Source: Eledone cirrhosa (taxonomy: Eukaryota). Taken from it: a stretch of DNA of 64,000 nt. The stretch lies in assembly GCA_964016885.1 (NCBI GenBank), contig OZ024742.1:295120001-295184000 (forward strand). The letters run 5' to 3'. The first letter of the stretch is position 1; the number at the start of each line of letters is the position of its first letter. Shown piece by piece: positions 1 through 12,120 of the stretch. The position numbers and the translations under genes were made by a program. The notes beneath the pieces are model-generated. The model worked only from the letters and a program-made list of their open reading frames with translations. It did no database searches and was not told the origin of the DNA.

Positions 1-137
1 GTAGAAATCAAGCCAAATCAGTTCCTGTATGAGCAAGGCATGGTCAGCCGACCAGACACTGCCCACAACAGGACAACCCGTCTAACCCATATAAGCGTGG
101 AAGAACGGACGTAAAACGGTGATGATGATGATGATGA
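1..137 (+). mobile_element. 3' end of an RTE-tailed SINE/LINE with (GAT)n tail; many copies in both orientations
   Basis: AACCCATGCTAGCATGGAAAAYGGACGTTAAAYGATGATG-type tail recurs near 8770, 12285, 47545 (+) and 2690, 4480, 16765, 41890, 47881 (-). Confidence 0.8.
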
Positions 138-587
138 AACTCTTCCAACGATTTATGTGAATAATGATTACCACAATGAATGTTATGTTTAATAATTTAA
201 TCCATTTGGTACCAATCTGCCTGAAAACGTCCTATATTCATATTGTAACCCATTACAATTTTTACCAAATCCTTTGATACTAAACTGCCCATGGTTCTAT
301 TATACAATACTGTTTTGTTTTAAAATGTTTAATTATTTAAAAAAACCTTTCATCATAATTTTATGTGAGACCCTTTAAGTTAGCTATATTATTAAATTCT
401 TCCAAATATTTGATTATTTTCAAAATTCTTTGAAAATCATAGGCAGTATCTTCCATAAGAAAAATGGTAATGAGTTAAATAGATAAAATTACTAGTATGT
501 CAAAATTTTAATGTCCTTATACAATCTGAGATGAAATCTCTTGGTATAAGTACAACATAAGAACAAAATATCAAATAACAGATTTAC

Positions 588-679
588 CTTTCAAATTGGT
601 AGTCAAATGTCATCTCTTGCCCAGCATTAATAAACTTTTTCGTGAAAAACCCAATACGCAGCATTCCATTCACTGTCCA
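588..679 (-). CDS. SETD2: SETD2 SET C-terminal exon (WTVNGMLRIGFFTKKFINAGQEMTFDYQFE-R); gene continues beyond window start
   Basis: Acceptor tatAG, donor AG|GTAAAT; phase-0 join to ETQK; ExTFDY motif with the catalytic Tyr. Confidence 0.96.
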
Positions 680-1424
680 CTATAATGAGAACATTACAAG
701 AAATTAACTGAATATCAAAACTGATGTGGCTCATCTGTTAGACACGCAGTGACTAACAGAATGTTTTAAGTCTGCATGTTGTCTGACAATATATGCGTAG
801 CTTGTGAATAAAAAATTCAAGGGGTATCGCTGGCCGTGGCAATTCCTTCCAAACATGTTTTGTAATGTATCGTCTTATTGGCTAATCAACCAACGAGAGT
901 AATTGTTGCTCAAAAGCGTTTTGTTTGCACGTTTATTTATCGTTTCGCTTTTGAATCTCTCTCCTGTATTTTGTCGTTTTATCATCAAAATATTTTTCTC
1001 ATTTTGGTAAGTTATATTATTAATTTATATGATTTTTTAAATTTATATTAACTATTTTTTTTCAGTTCGTTATAACATGCTTAGAATATTGGTTGTATCA
1101 TATTTACTTGTTATCATATTATTGTTCGTTTTGTTAGATTATTTTTTTTATTATTATGTTAGAATATTTGTATGTAATATTTAATTTTTATTAATTCAAC
1201 TATAACAATTATTATGTAAAATATATTTATTTTATATTGATTGTTTTTTGTAGTTGTTTATATTAAAAGTCTGAAAATATTTTTATACATCTTACAATAA
1301 TATTTATAAGATCATTTATAAAATAACAATTATATAATCTAATTACATTACAACGATAATTTATTATTAATATATATCATGTTTAGCTAGAGTTATTACA
1401 AGCGTTGCCTTAAAAAAATATTAA

Positions 1425-1837
1425 ACTAGACCTGAAAAATGCGCAAGCTCAAAAGAGCCACAGAATGTTATAAACCTTCAAAAGTGTGGGACTAGAGTTG
1501 TTGCTCAAAAATATTGTAATCATTATCTATCGTACACTCTGTGGCATCCTTTTATAAAAAAAGAGACTCATAATGAAGTCAAGACGACACGATAATTATT
1601 TAAGTGAATTTATAATATAGAATTCGGTTTAAGTGCATTTCGTATTAATCATTAGCTTAAATAATTATCGTGTCGTCTTGAGTTCATTATGAGTCCCTCT
1701 TTTATAAAAGGATGCCACAGAGTGTATGATAGATAATGATTACAATATTTTTGAGCAACAACTCTAGTCCCACGCTTTTGAAGGTTTATTATAACATTCG
1801 GTGGCTCTTTTGAGGTTGCGCATTTTTCAGGTCTAGT
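1425..1837. repeat. Long inverted repeat (arms about 1425-1605 and 1655-1837, spacer about 50 bp)
   Basis: ACTAGACCTGAAAAATGCGCAA...GACGACACGATAATTATTTAAG is mirrored by CTTAAATAATTATCGTGTCGTC...TTGCGCATTTTTCAGGTCTAGT with few mismatches. Confidence 0.95.
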
Positions 1838-3860
1838 AATATATGTAAATTAATTTCTATACACAATTAATTTAGAATGTTTTTGACTGATGAAATAATT
1901 CGAAATTTAATGGGTTTTTTTTTTTTTTTTTTTTCATTTAAAGAATTAAATATTTATTCTTAAACCAATTTTTCTGAAAGCGCTATTTAGTTTTTATTAG
2001 ACAACCCTTACCAGCTGGGAAAACGGGTGTTAAATGAAGATATAGGTGTATGTTTATGTTTGCAAGTTTCTATATCTGCATATATTGTTGCACTTGGGCA
2101 GTTGGTGAAGTTTATGCACTTTAAAATAAAAGTTGGTGTCGGGAAAGGTGTCAGACTGAAGAAAAATTGTAATGATGATTAGTGTGTTAAATATTTCTTT
2201 AAATCATTTGGATAAATCAATATAATTTATAGTTACATGGTTTTCTAGAGTCAGTTATTGTGAACAGGAAATTACACTTACTTTTTAGTTGGACCAAAGT
2301 CATGAGAATAACTTGTATTAGAAAGACATGGTTGTGTGGGAAAGAAGTTCATTTCACAACCATGTGATTTTGGGTACATCCCACTGCATGACACCTTGAA
2401 CAAGTATCTTCTACTATAGCCTTGGGCCAACCAATAACTTGTGAGAGAATTTGGTAGACAAAAACTATGAAGAAGTTCATCATCTCTGTGTGTCTTAATG
2501 TTGACATAGTTTAAAGCAAGCAGTTTGTTTATGTCTTACAGCTAACCAGTTTAACAAAGATGAGCAATATATATATCATTAAAAAAATAAATGTAGGTTT
2601 GTGTCAGGAAGGGTATCGAGCCATAGCCCCACTCAACCCATGCCAGGATGGAAAAAATATGTTAAAGATAATATTTAAAACATCTAGCTCATCATCATCA
2701 TCTAACATCCATTCTCCCTGACCAGCAAGGAATAGACAAGTTGTCACAGACAAAGTCAGTACCTAACCGGAACTATTGACCTCCTAAGTGAGCCAGGGAA
2801 TAGGAGGGGGTCACACTTACACACATTCCCTTCTCTCTACAGAGTGACTTGAATGTATGTTCATGGCACCAGTATTAGAGAGATTGTCATATCTGACACA
2901 ACCAAAGAGTCTTCGTGACCTTTTCATATTTTCATATGGTTTCTATGACTGGATGCTCTTCCTATCATCAACCATCTTATAGGATCTGCTGGGTACAATT
3001 TTCATGGCATCAGCATGAGAGAGGTTGCTATGTGCTTGAAGGGTCCTCTCAACCTTTGGCTTGGTTTCTATGGCTGGAAGCTTTTCCTAATACCAACCAT
3101 TCATTTTACAGAGTGTACTGAGAGTATTTTATCATGGCACCTGTACGATGGGAGGTTGCTGGTCATTGACCTGACTGAAAAGCTCACCCTAGCATATGGG
3201 TGGAAGAAGGGGGATAGCAAGTATGCCATGGCTAAGGGGGACTAGGTGGGGCATATGAGTGACAAGCATAATGCTATAGGTGTATGACAGGTGTGATGAG
3301 AGAAGGAGGAAAAAACTATGTTATGTATGATAGGTGTGGTGGGAGTGAGGGCATAATGAAGATGCAAACAGCTACTAAGGAGTTATGATTGGCACTTTAG
3401 AGTTTAAATGAGGTGGAAGTGGTTCTGGGTAGAGTGGGGATGGGGTGTAAAATGATAGTAAGGATAGTTACTAGAAGGAGGGGGACACATGAACAGGTCA
3501 GATCATTTTTTATGCTGGTAGCTAGGTCTTCTCCAGATGGTGCTTTGTCATTTCTGTCATGAAGTCCAGCTTCTTAGAGTCAGTTTCCATTACTTCATCC
3601 CATGTCTTCCTACGTCTACCGCTTTCACAAGTTCCACCTACTGTTATTTCTCTGCATTTCTTTATACAGCTGTTATTTTTCATACACATCCCATGTCTAA
3701 ACCAATACTATATCAGATTCCTCTTATGCCTAGTTTTTTCTCTCAGTTCACTTAATGGCATGCCAATGGTCAATTTTGCACAAATTCCTTGACCCATGCT
3801 AGCATGAAAGAATGATAGGAAAAACAGTTTCTTTTTACATTAACAGGTTAGTTAACTTAC

Positions 3861-4062
3861 CTTTTGAGTTTCACAATTTGGATCACAGCTATGATTAATA
3901 AAACGAGATTTATTTCCTCTGTATGTGGCATCAATCACTTCATCAGCATTTAATGACATGAAATAGTAATGTTCCTGTCCATTTTTGGCATACTGCTTTG
4001 TCCGATTCTTGAACTGCTTATAGTCAAGAACTTCTCCGACATATTCCATCACAAATGTATGC
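3861..4062 (-). CDS. SETD2: SETD2 SET-core exon (HTFVMEYVGEV...HYYFMSL...IDATYRGNKSRFINHSCDPNCETQK)
   Basis: Inside ORF 3852..4088; acceptor ttttatAG, donor AAG|GTAAGT; EYxGE, HYYFM and RFxNHSCxPN motifs typical of the Set2 family. Confidence 0.97.
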
Positions 4063-4749
4063 CTATAAAAGAAAAATAAACAAAACATTCTTTTTTATTA
4101 CTTAGTCAAAATAAAAGACAGCACCAATGACCCTTATATTTTTTCAGGGCCTCTGAGACAGGTGCAACGGAACAAGGAAGGCATCCTCAAACCTTAGTGC
4201 TTGCAACAGTGGAGTCTGCTACAGGCATCCCAAGAGATAAGTGGTAGTGTCAAACTAGGCAAAGGATTAAGTGAGCCATAACAAGATTTGAACTCAGAAC
4301 AAAGTGCCAGTCACCACCTTAAACTGATACTTTATTTATAAACCTTGGCAGAATGATAGGCAAGCTGACCTCAGCAAGATTTGCCAAGTGTCTTGCAAAA
4401 AAATGTAAGGATATTGTTGAATCCAAGCTAGTGAAACTACTTACAGTAGTACATTTTCTAGTGTCATTAACCAGCAACATCATTCTCATTTTACATCTTC
4501 TTTCCATGCTAGCATGGGTTGGACAAGTTGTCACGGCTTGAGACCAGACAGGTAGGAGCAACTTCATCTTGCTCATTACGTTTCATAGTTGGCATGATCT
4601 CTACAGGTGGATGCCCTTCCTAACAAAAACCACCTTACATAGGGTACTGGATACATTTTTTCATGCACCAGCTCTAGAGACATTTTCACATGAGAGATCT
4701 ATATGGGATAAAAGTAGTTAAAATAATATCCAAAAATGAAACGACTTAC

Positions 4750-4878
4750 GGTAATACATCTTCAAGTGTCATTAATCCAAGCCCTTTATTTTCAGTCTGG
4801 AATGTTGTGACATTCACATATTGATGTCGAGTGAATCTCTTGTTGTTACAGTATTCTCCACATGGACAACGGGACCCA
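4750..4878 (-). CDS. SETD2: SETD2 AWS/SET-start exon (GSRCPCGEYCNNKRFTRHQYVNVTTFQTENKGLGLMTLEDVL-P)
   Basis: Acceptor ttttcAG, donor CC|GTAAGT; 129 nt in frame; CPxGxxCxNxRF and the KGxGL SAM-binding motif. Confidence 0.96.
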
Positions 4879-5961
4879 CTGAAAATTACAGAAAATTACA
4901 CAATAAAACTGACTGAAAAATACATTTTGTTAATCACACTTAAATACGAAATCACATGTAAAAAGTATGTTATCTTAAGCTTTAAAAGAGGACAAGAGAA
5001 AATTGTGAAGTCAGCTTTAGAATTCTGCATTCTTTAGGGCACTGTTTCTTAAAGTAGGTTACTAAGAAACCCAAGATTCCATGAAAAAAATCTAAGGTCT
5101 CATGAGATAAGGCATATTTTAATAATGTTTAATAAAAAATTTATCATGTTTTTTTATATGAATAAATTCTCTAAAACAATTAGTTTCATTTAACCCTTTT
5201 GGTAACTAGCAAAAACCTGCTCTGAATGTATGTAACAAAACTACCCATTTTAAAGGGTTCCCATTTAAATTGAAATCATCCAACATAATTTTATATAAAG
5301 AACCATAATAATTTTGGTAAATCCCGCAAAGGTATTCATGAATTAAATGAGTGTTTTACATTAGAAGTATAGCCACAAAAAGGTTAATGTATTAAAACAA
5401 GGGTAATGTGGACTATGTAAAATACAGATACCAGTTCTATGATATTTGAAACATTGTATAAGGGTTCCACAACAAAATAAGTTAGGGAACCACTGATAGT
5501 GGGACTAACCTCAACTAAGTTTACTCAAACATTTATGACTAATCTAACCAGTATTGGATATCTGTATAAAATTATGCTTATACTTATTAATATAATTCTT
5601 TCTAACTCATCTATTAGTAAAAATGAATATATGTTCATATCACTGATGAAATGAAATGAAATTTTACAGCCCACACATATGTAAATATAGATGGATTCTC
5701 ATGATGCATCTCATAGGAGGTTTATCAAGCATTTTAATGATAGGCACCCTAATTCTATCATGAAAAGCAACATGAAATTAGTCATCTTATTCAAGAACAC
5801 AACATGCTGTCTGGTCAAGAATGGAACCTACAATCTTATGATTTTGAGTCCTACACTCTAACCAAATAGGCCACACACCTTGACCATGTCATTAATGCAT
5901 ACATATAGATGTATATGTGTGTATTACTGCATATACATTAACTCTCTATAAAGGCAGAGGG

Positions 5962-6026
5962 ATAAGGGTACTTGACTTCTGATGAAAAGCCAACTAGCTG
6001 CGAAACACGTAAAGTCAATCTCTTAT
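5962..6026 (+). ncRNA. Minimal type I hammerhead ribozyme fold (Penelope/retrozyme type), possibly impaired
   Basis: TTGACTT-CTGATGA-AAAGC-caacta-GCTGC-GAAA-CAC-GTA-AAGTCAA: both core boxes present, 7-bp stem I, GUA triplet; the base of stem II is mismatched. Confidence 0.7.
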
Positions 6027-6535
6027 ATTTTTCGATGTACAAAAAGAATGATGGAATATTTTCACAGCCAGGCATACATGTAATTATAACTTCATTTATA
6101 TTTATCTTAGATTTTCTATATCTTTATTATCAATAATAATTGTTAGCTTATAGGCAAAGCCTGAAACCGCTCACAGTTCTATGATAGAAAATTGTTTTAA
6201 AGTGTTTATATTTATCTAAAAACCATCATTTTATGAAAAAGCTTTGTTAAAGCTATATTAAAAACGCCATCTTAATAATTGAAAAATTAGTTATATTATT
6301 ATATCCATCTAAATTTTGATAAATTTCAAAATAATTTGAAAAACATAAGCAGTGTCTTTCATTAGAAATATAATAATCAAAGAGTTAACAAAATATTATT
6401 TGATATTACAAAGGTTTTTAACTTCACTGCAGTGTGTTAGCTTCACATTATAATATGTTATTATGCTTTCTTCATGGAGCTAAGTTATATATACAAGGTA
6501 TATATATAATCTATGTTATAAAATAATAGATATTA

Positions 6536-7905
6536 CATCAGGACAGTCATACCCAATGACTGGCATAGCAGTACAATTATAAATTGCTACAAGGGCAAAG
6601 TTGGTGCTCTAGAAAGGAGCAACTATAGAGGAATAAAACTAATGGACCAAGTTATGAAAGTGACAGAAAGAGTTATAACACAGCTAATTAGAGAAAGAGT
6701 CAAATTAGTTGAGATGCAGTTTGGTTTCATGGCTGGTAAATGTATTACTGATGCCCTCTTTTCAGTGAAGGAATTACAAGAGAAGTTCCTAGACAATAAT
6801 CTGCTATATTTAGCTTTTGTTGTTCTAGAAAAAGCCTTTGACAGAGTACCTCGATCAATTATCTGATGGTCCTTAAGGAAATTAAGTGTACAAGAATGGC
6901 TTAAGAGAGTAGTTCAAGCTATGAACAGTGGAGCTGTCAGTAAAGTGAGAGTAGGAAGTGAGTTTAGTGAAGAATTCAAGAGACATGTAGGAGATCATCA
7001 TAGTTCTCCAAGCCTTAACATGAGTTTAAGACCAGTTGTCTATGGAAACTTCTCTATGTGGATGATATGGTTCTTATAGCTGAATCCATAAAAGAACTAG
7101 AGAATAAGTTCCGACTATGAAAACAAGTTGGAATCAAGTAGACTAAAAATGGGACCCTGATTCTCTCAGGAAAGTGGCCCTGTTCAATACATAGAAAAGG
7201 AGTAAGCATAAACCCTATTTGGTGTAAAAAATGTAAATCTTGGATAGTCAAGAAATGTAATGGGATATCAGGTAGATTAACAATGAGGCAAAACTTTGTA
7301 TGTAGAAGATGCACAGGGGTAGTCGAGGGGAAGAGCGTAAGTGACATAAATCTTTTCCAATCACAGGAAGGATCCATAGAAATGGTTGATAGCTTTTATC
7401 TAGGTGACTTAATTAGCAGCAGTGGAGAGTATTCTGAGAGCATAATAACTAGAATAAGGATAAGATGGAAGAAGTTTAGAGAGCTACCCCCACTGTTGAC
7501 AATAAAAGGTTTCTCCCTACGTAAGGACAACTGTATGATGCCTGTGTGCAAAGTTGCATGGTAGTGAAACATGGGCAGTGCCTGCAGAGGACATGTGTAG
7601 GCTGGAGAGAAATGAAGCAACCATGCTTCATTGGTTGTGCAATGTAAATGTTAGATGAACTGAGTTTAAGAGGAATCCGAAGTGATGTGCATAGAAGACG
7701 ATCGCGAGGTGAAGTGCCATGAAATCCCAATGGAAAGAAGCTACAGCATAAATAGATCAAGGAAAACCTGGGCAGAGGTGGTGAGAGTTGATCTCAAATC
7801 ACTGAGACTTTCAGAGATGAAGAAGGAACGTGGTGAGTGGAGAAATGTTGAGCTGAGAAGTACCCATCTAACCCATGCAAGGGATGTAAAAATGGTGATG
7901 ATGAC
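6536..7905 (+). mobile_element. Decayed 5'-truncated RTE-type LINE (RT, Cys-rich insert, 3' end with GAT tail)
   Basis: ORF fragments with MQFGFM, LEKAFDRVPR, a YVDD-type motif, FVCRRC and WKKFREL; many stops and frameshifts. Confidence 0.9.
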
Positions 7906-8279
7906 AATATAGATATATGTAATACAGAGTGACTAAAAATAAAAACTGGCCATGTGTCGTTTTTTGTCACTGTATACTCATTTTCTAATTGATCAATCAT
8001 AAATTTCAGGATATGGCAGATACAATGTCTGAGAAGACAAGACCTCAATAAGAGCTCCAGGTCCAGATTTTCTGTGTGGCTTATACAAGCAGGTCCCGGG
8101 GCAATTTCATGCATCATTTGGAAGGGACAAATCTCCTTTCAAAGCCAATATACAAAACTGGGTAAAAAGTTTGAGACCTATGGGAAAGTGGAGAACCTCA
8201 ATACAATGTCTCAGGACTTTCCTAGCCACTCTGGACGATCAAGGAAGCATACACAGGAAGTTAGACAAAAGTCTGTTAA

Positions 8280-8281
<2 letters not shown>

Positions 8282-8342
<61 letters not shown>
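8282..8342. repeat. (AG)n microsatellite, about 30 units
   Basis: Direct observation. Confidence 0.98.
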
Positions 8343-8344
<2 letters not shown>

Positions 8345-8956
8345 AGGATTTAACCAGTTTTTTAAACTAGTAAGACCATTATTCAGCAGGGTACTCAATA
8401 TTTAGGATAGTAAAATGTAACTATATTAGAGAGAGTTGGAGCCCGACGGCTGAGCTCTTGTCGTATTGACAGCAAATTTGGAATTTGCTGTTGAAATGGC
8501 AAGAGCTCAGCTGTCAGGTCCTGACTCTATATATGATGGATGTATGTATATATATATATATAAGGATGTGTGACGTTGGTCACAACTTTAAAAATTCATA
8601 GCGAAAGGACTTTTCATAAATATCTCATATATTATTCGATATACATGTATATATATATATATATATTTACAGTGTGTGCTAGGAGACATGGCAAAATGCA
8701 CCCAGCACACACTGTAAATGAGCAAGACAGTCACCCGGCCGAACTTGCCTCAAATGGGACAAACCCGTCAAACCCATGCTAGCGTGGAAGGTGGACGTTA
8801 AACGATGATGATTATATATATATATATATAATATATATATACTATACATCTCTGGCCCTTTTAAATTGATTGCACTTGAACACTGACCAGACAACACAGT
8901 ATGTGACTACTCTTATCATACCTATTTTCTTTCAAACATTGTCATATATATATATA

Positions 8957-9413
8957 CTAGCTGAGGTACCCGGTAATACCTGGGAGCAGGGGTATTCCCA
9001 GTTCTCATTAAAATGCCTGATGCCTCTCAGACCAAGAATGAAATCAAAATATAGGACAGATAATGAAAAGCAAAGACAAATTCATTTACAAAACAATAAT
9101 ACAAACAAATATTGTTGATTGCATTGGTCAGGTGAAAAAATGTTTGTCAGAGAAGTTGAGTGTTGCTATAAGGAAAAAAATAGAATCCCCATTAGGATGT
9201 CTTAATATTATTGAAATTTGCTGAATTTTTGTGAATAGGCACCATATCTTGTCATTTACCTATGGTTTAAATTTCATATAAATCGAAGGGAAAAAAGTTT
9301 CAGCGCGGGTTTGAGTTCCCGGTGTCAAGTTTCATCAAGATCGGTTTGGTAGTTTTTGAGTTTTAGGTTCACAAACAAACAGACAGACAGAAATTGCCAT
9401 TTATGTATATAGA
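8957..9413 (-). mobile_element. Non-autonomous Helitron, 457 bp
   Basis: Minus strand reads A|TCTATATACATAAA ... (CTGT)n/(TTGT)n ... CCCAGG-tatta-CCGGG hairpin ... CTAG|T, i.e. 5' TC, 3' CTAG, A/T target and no TSD. Confidence 0.8.
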
Positions 9414-9559
9414 TATATTTGCTGTTTTATTTCCATCTTTCTTCCCTTAAGCTTATTTTTATGGTCTCACCTGCTCATAAGGGTTTATATTTTTACTCAA
9501 TTTTGCTTGTTTCTCCTCTTCTAAAGATTATTCCCCTTCTTGCTTGTGTCCTACCCACC

Positions 9560-12120
9560 CACTTTCCACCACCAGCAGTTTCTCCTTAGGATTAGCAAAA
9601 TATGGCAGACCAGTTTAGAAGAGAGGGGGTGATACCTTACCACGTTCATGAATATGATTGACAGAACATGCAAACTCAACATTCCAGTGAGACAGAAAAC
9701 CAAACCAATACCAATCAACCCACATTCCAGACCCCCCCTCATGTAATTGCAAAAACTTTAGAGCTGCCAATATCAATTTTGGAATGATGAAAGGAAGATC
9801 AGGCGAGTTTGTAGAGTTGTTAGTACAAAAGTGGATATGTGTTGTGTGCAAGAGACAAAGCGAAGAGGAATATCAGCTAGGTAAGTAACTATGCTATAAT
9901 TTCTTTCTGGATATGTAACCATCTGGGACTGAGAGGTGAAGTATCCTTTTAGCAAAAAAATTGGTAGACGTGGCAATTGAAGTGTATAGGGTGAGTGATA
10001 GAATCATTGAGATTAGACATCAATGACAATTATCTTTGCATACGTAACCCGATTATAATTGACAGATGAACTGTAAAACCACTTTTTAAGCAGCCTACCT
10101 CTTTTAACAAGTGATGGTGACTTTATAATCAGGCTGATTTCAATGGACGTCAGGCAAAACGGTGAGGGCTTCCATGGTGTCCATGGAAGCTTTGGGTTCA
10201 GTATAAAGGAGGAACCAAGGCTCCAGGAGTTTTGTGATGCTAATGATCTGACTACAATACTAATCACTTGATCATTTAGAAGTCAGGTGAGCACAAATGT
10301 CAGATTGATTTTATCCTCACCATAAAGCCAAGACAAAGTGATGATTGTAAACACAAAGTCTTTTCCTTAGTGATCAGGGACTTTAGAATCAGAGCTAGGC
10401 AAGGTAAATTGCAGGAAACAGACGGAGCGATCAGCTGGTGACAAATTTAGACATGCTCTGCTTGACATTAAGATCGAAAAACGAGTGAGAGACAGACAGC
10501 ACGCAAGAACAATAGAGGTTCTTGTGGGATAACTTGCTGAAGGCAACAGACAAGATCTGTAGCTGGTGCAAGACTGGAGGGTGACAAAGAGTGACATGAT
10601 GGTGGATGAGGCGATTAAAAGATTAAAAGCAGAGAACAACATCAATAAGCTAGAAGAGGAGCTAAACACCAGCCAGATACACTAAACGAGGAGGGAAACA
10701 TAAAGCAAGAAGTTCACATATTTTGCACTGTGAAGTGATCAGGATTGCAAGGGAGTGTATGACAGAAAATCAAGATGGTGTTTTGGAGAAATGTGCCCGA
10801 AATGATTGATGCACTTGTCCTTATCAACACTGAGAAGAAAGAAGCCTGGAAGTGCCATTATGAGAGAATGTTAAATGAGTGTATGAGAGGAATGGTCTGC
10901 CTCAAGCCGTTCCAACAGAGGGACCAGCCATCCAAGTCAGCTACGGTGTGCTAAATAAGGCAATTAAGGATAATAAGACAAGCAAAGCAACAGGACCATC
11001 AGAGATAATAATCGCTAACTACATGCATAGTAAATCAAGTAATACAGGATGGCGTCATACCTAATGATTGGCATAGCAACATCATTGTCAACTGCTACAA
11101 GAGCAAAGGAGACACACTTGACAGAGGGAACTACAGAAGCCTGAAGTTGATGAACTAGGTCATGAAAGTCATTGAAAGAGTTATTGCACACCTTATATGG
11201 GATAGAATTAACAGATGAGATGCAGTTGTACCACAGAAACCCTCTTCCTTATGAAACAGCTACAGAAGTACCCAGATGAGCAATCGCCTCTGGTTCCCCA
11301 CTCCATAATCTGGTAGGCTCTGAGGAAACTAGGAATGGCTTGTAAGAGTGGTAAAAGCAATGTACAGATGTGCAATTGGTAAGGTTAGTCAACAATGAAA
11401 ATAGTGACAAATTTAGGGTTCTGTTTATTATTGTCCTTCAGCCCATAAACTCCTCATAGCTGAAACTGCAACAGAATTAGAGAAGAAATTCCAGACATGG
11501 AAGCAAAACTTGGAATCAAAAGGCCTCAGAGTCAACCTAGTAAAGACCAAAGTCCTAGTAAGTAAAAATGCACAGAATGTAAGCTTAGGGTACACAAAAG
11601 ATGTAGTGGGATCAGAGGCAGTAAGCAACAAGAGATCATAAGAAACAAGCTCTATCGAATGCTCAGATGGCTCCCCAGAGGTAGCTGACAGCTTCTGCTA
11701 CTTGGGGGACCATATTAGTAGTGGGGATGGGTGTTTTGAAAATACAGTAACCAGAGTAGTCTAACTGGTTGTAAAACTTGGGTTTTGTGTACGGAGGACT
11801 TAAAAAAGATTGGAAAGAAATGAGAATAGCATGCTCTGATGGATGTGTAATAGTAGTAGTATACATGAGCAACAAAGCGTAATGAACTGAGAGAAAAATT
11901 GGATATAAGAGAGATCAGATGCTGTGTGCAGGAGACAAAACTGCAATAGCATGGGCATATAATAGGTATGAAAGATGACAGGTGCATAAAGAAATGAAGT
12001 CAAAGGAAACTTTGGAAGAGGAAGACCTAGGAAAACACGGGATGATGTGGTAAAGGCCAACCTCATAAAAGAGATGACCCAGGATAGAGAAAACTGGCAA
12101 TATTCCGTAATACATGGGGA
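9560..12120 (+). mobile_element. Decayed, internally deleted RTE-type LINE (APE endonuclease and RT remnants)
   Basis: Manual translation near 9760-9860 gives INFGMMKGRS...VDMCCVQETK; also a DFNG motif, KATGPS, YKSKGD..DRGNYR and LESKGLRVNLVKTKVL; many stops. Confidence 0.85.

Noticed and set aside
1885-1912. CTGATGA...CGAAA as a third hammerhead
   Set aside because: No stem I pairing and no credible stem II.
4776-4787. KGLG instead of KGWG as a sign of catalytic loss
   Set aside because: That position varies among active SET proteins; the RFxNHS and TFDY motifs are intact.
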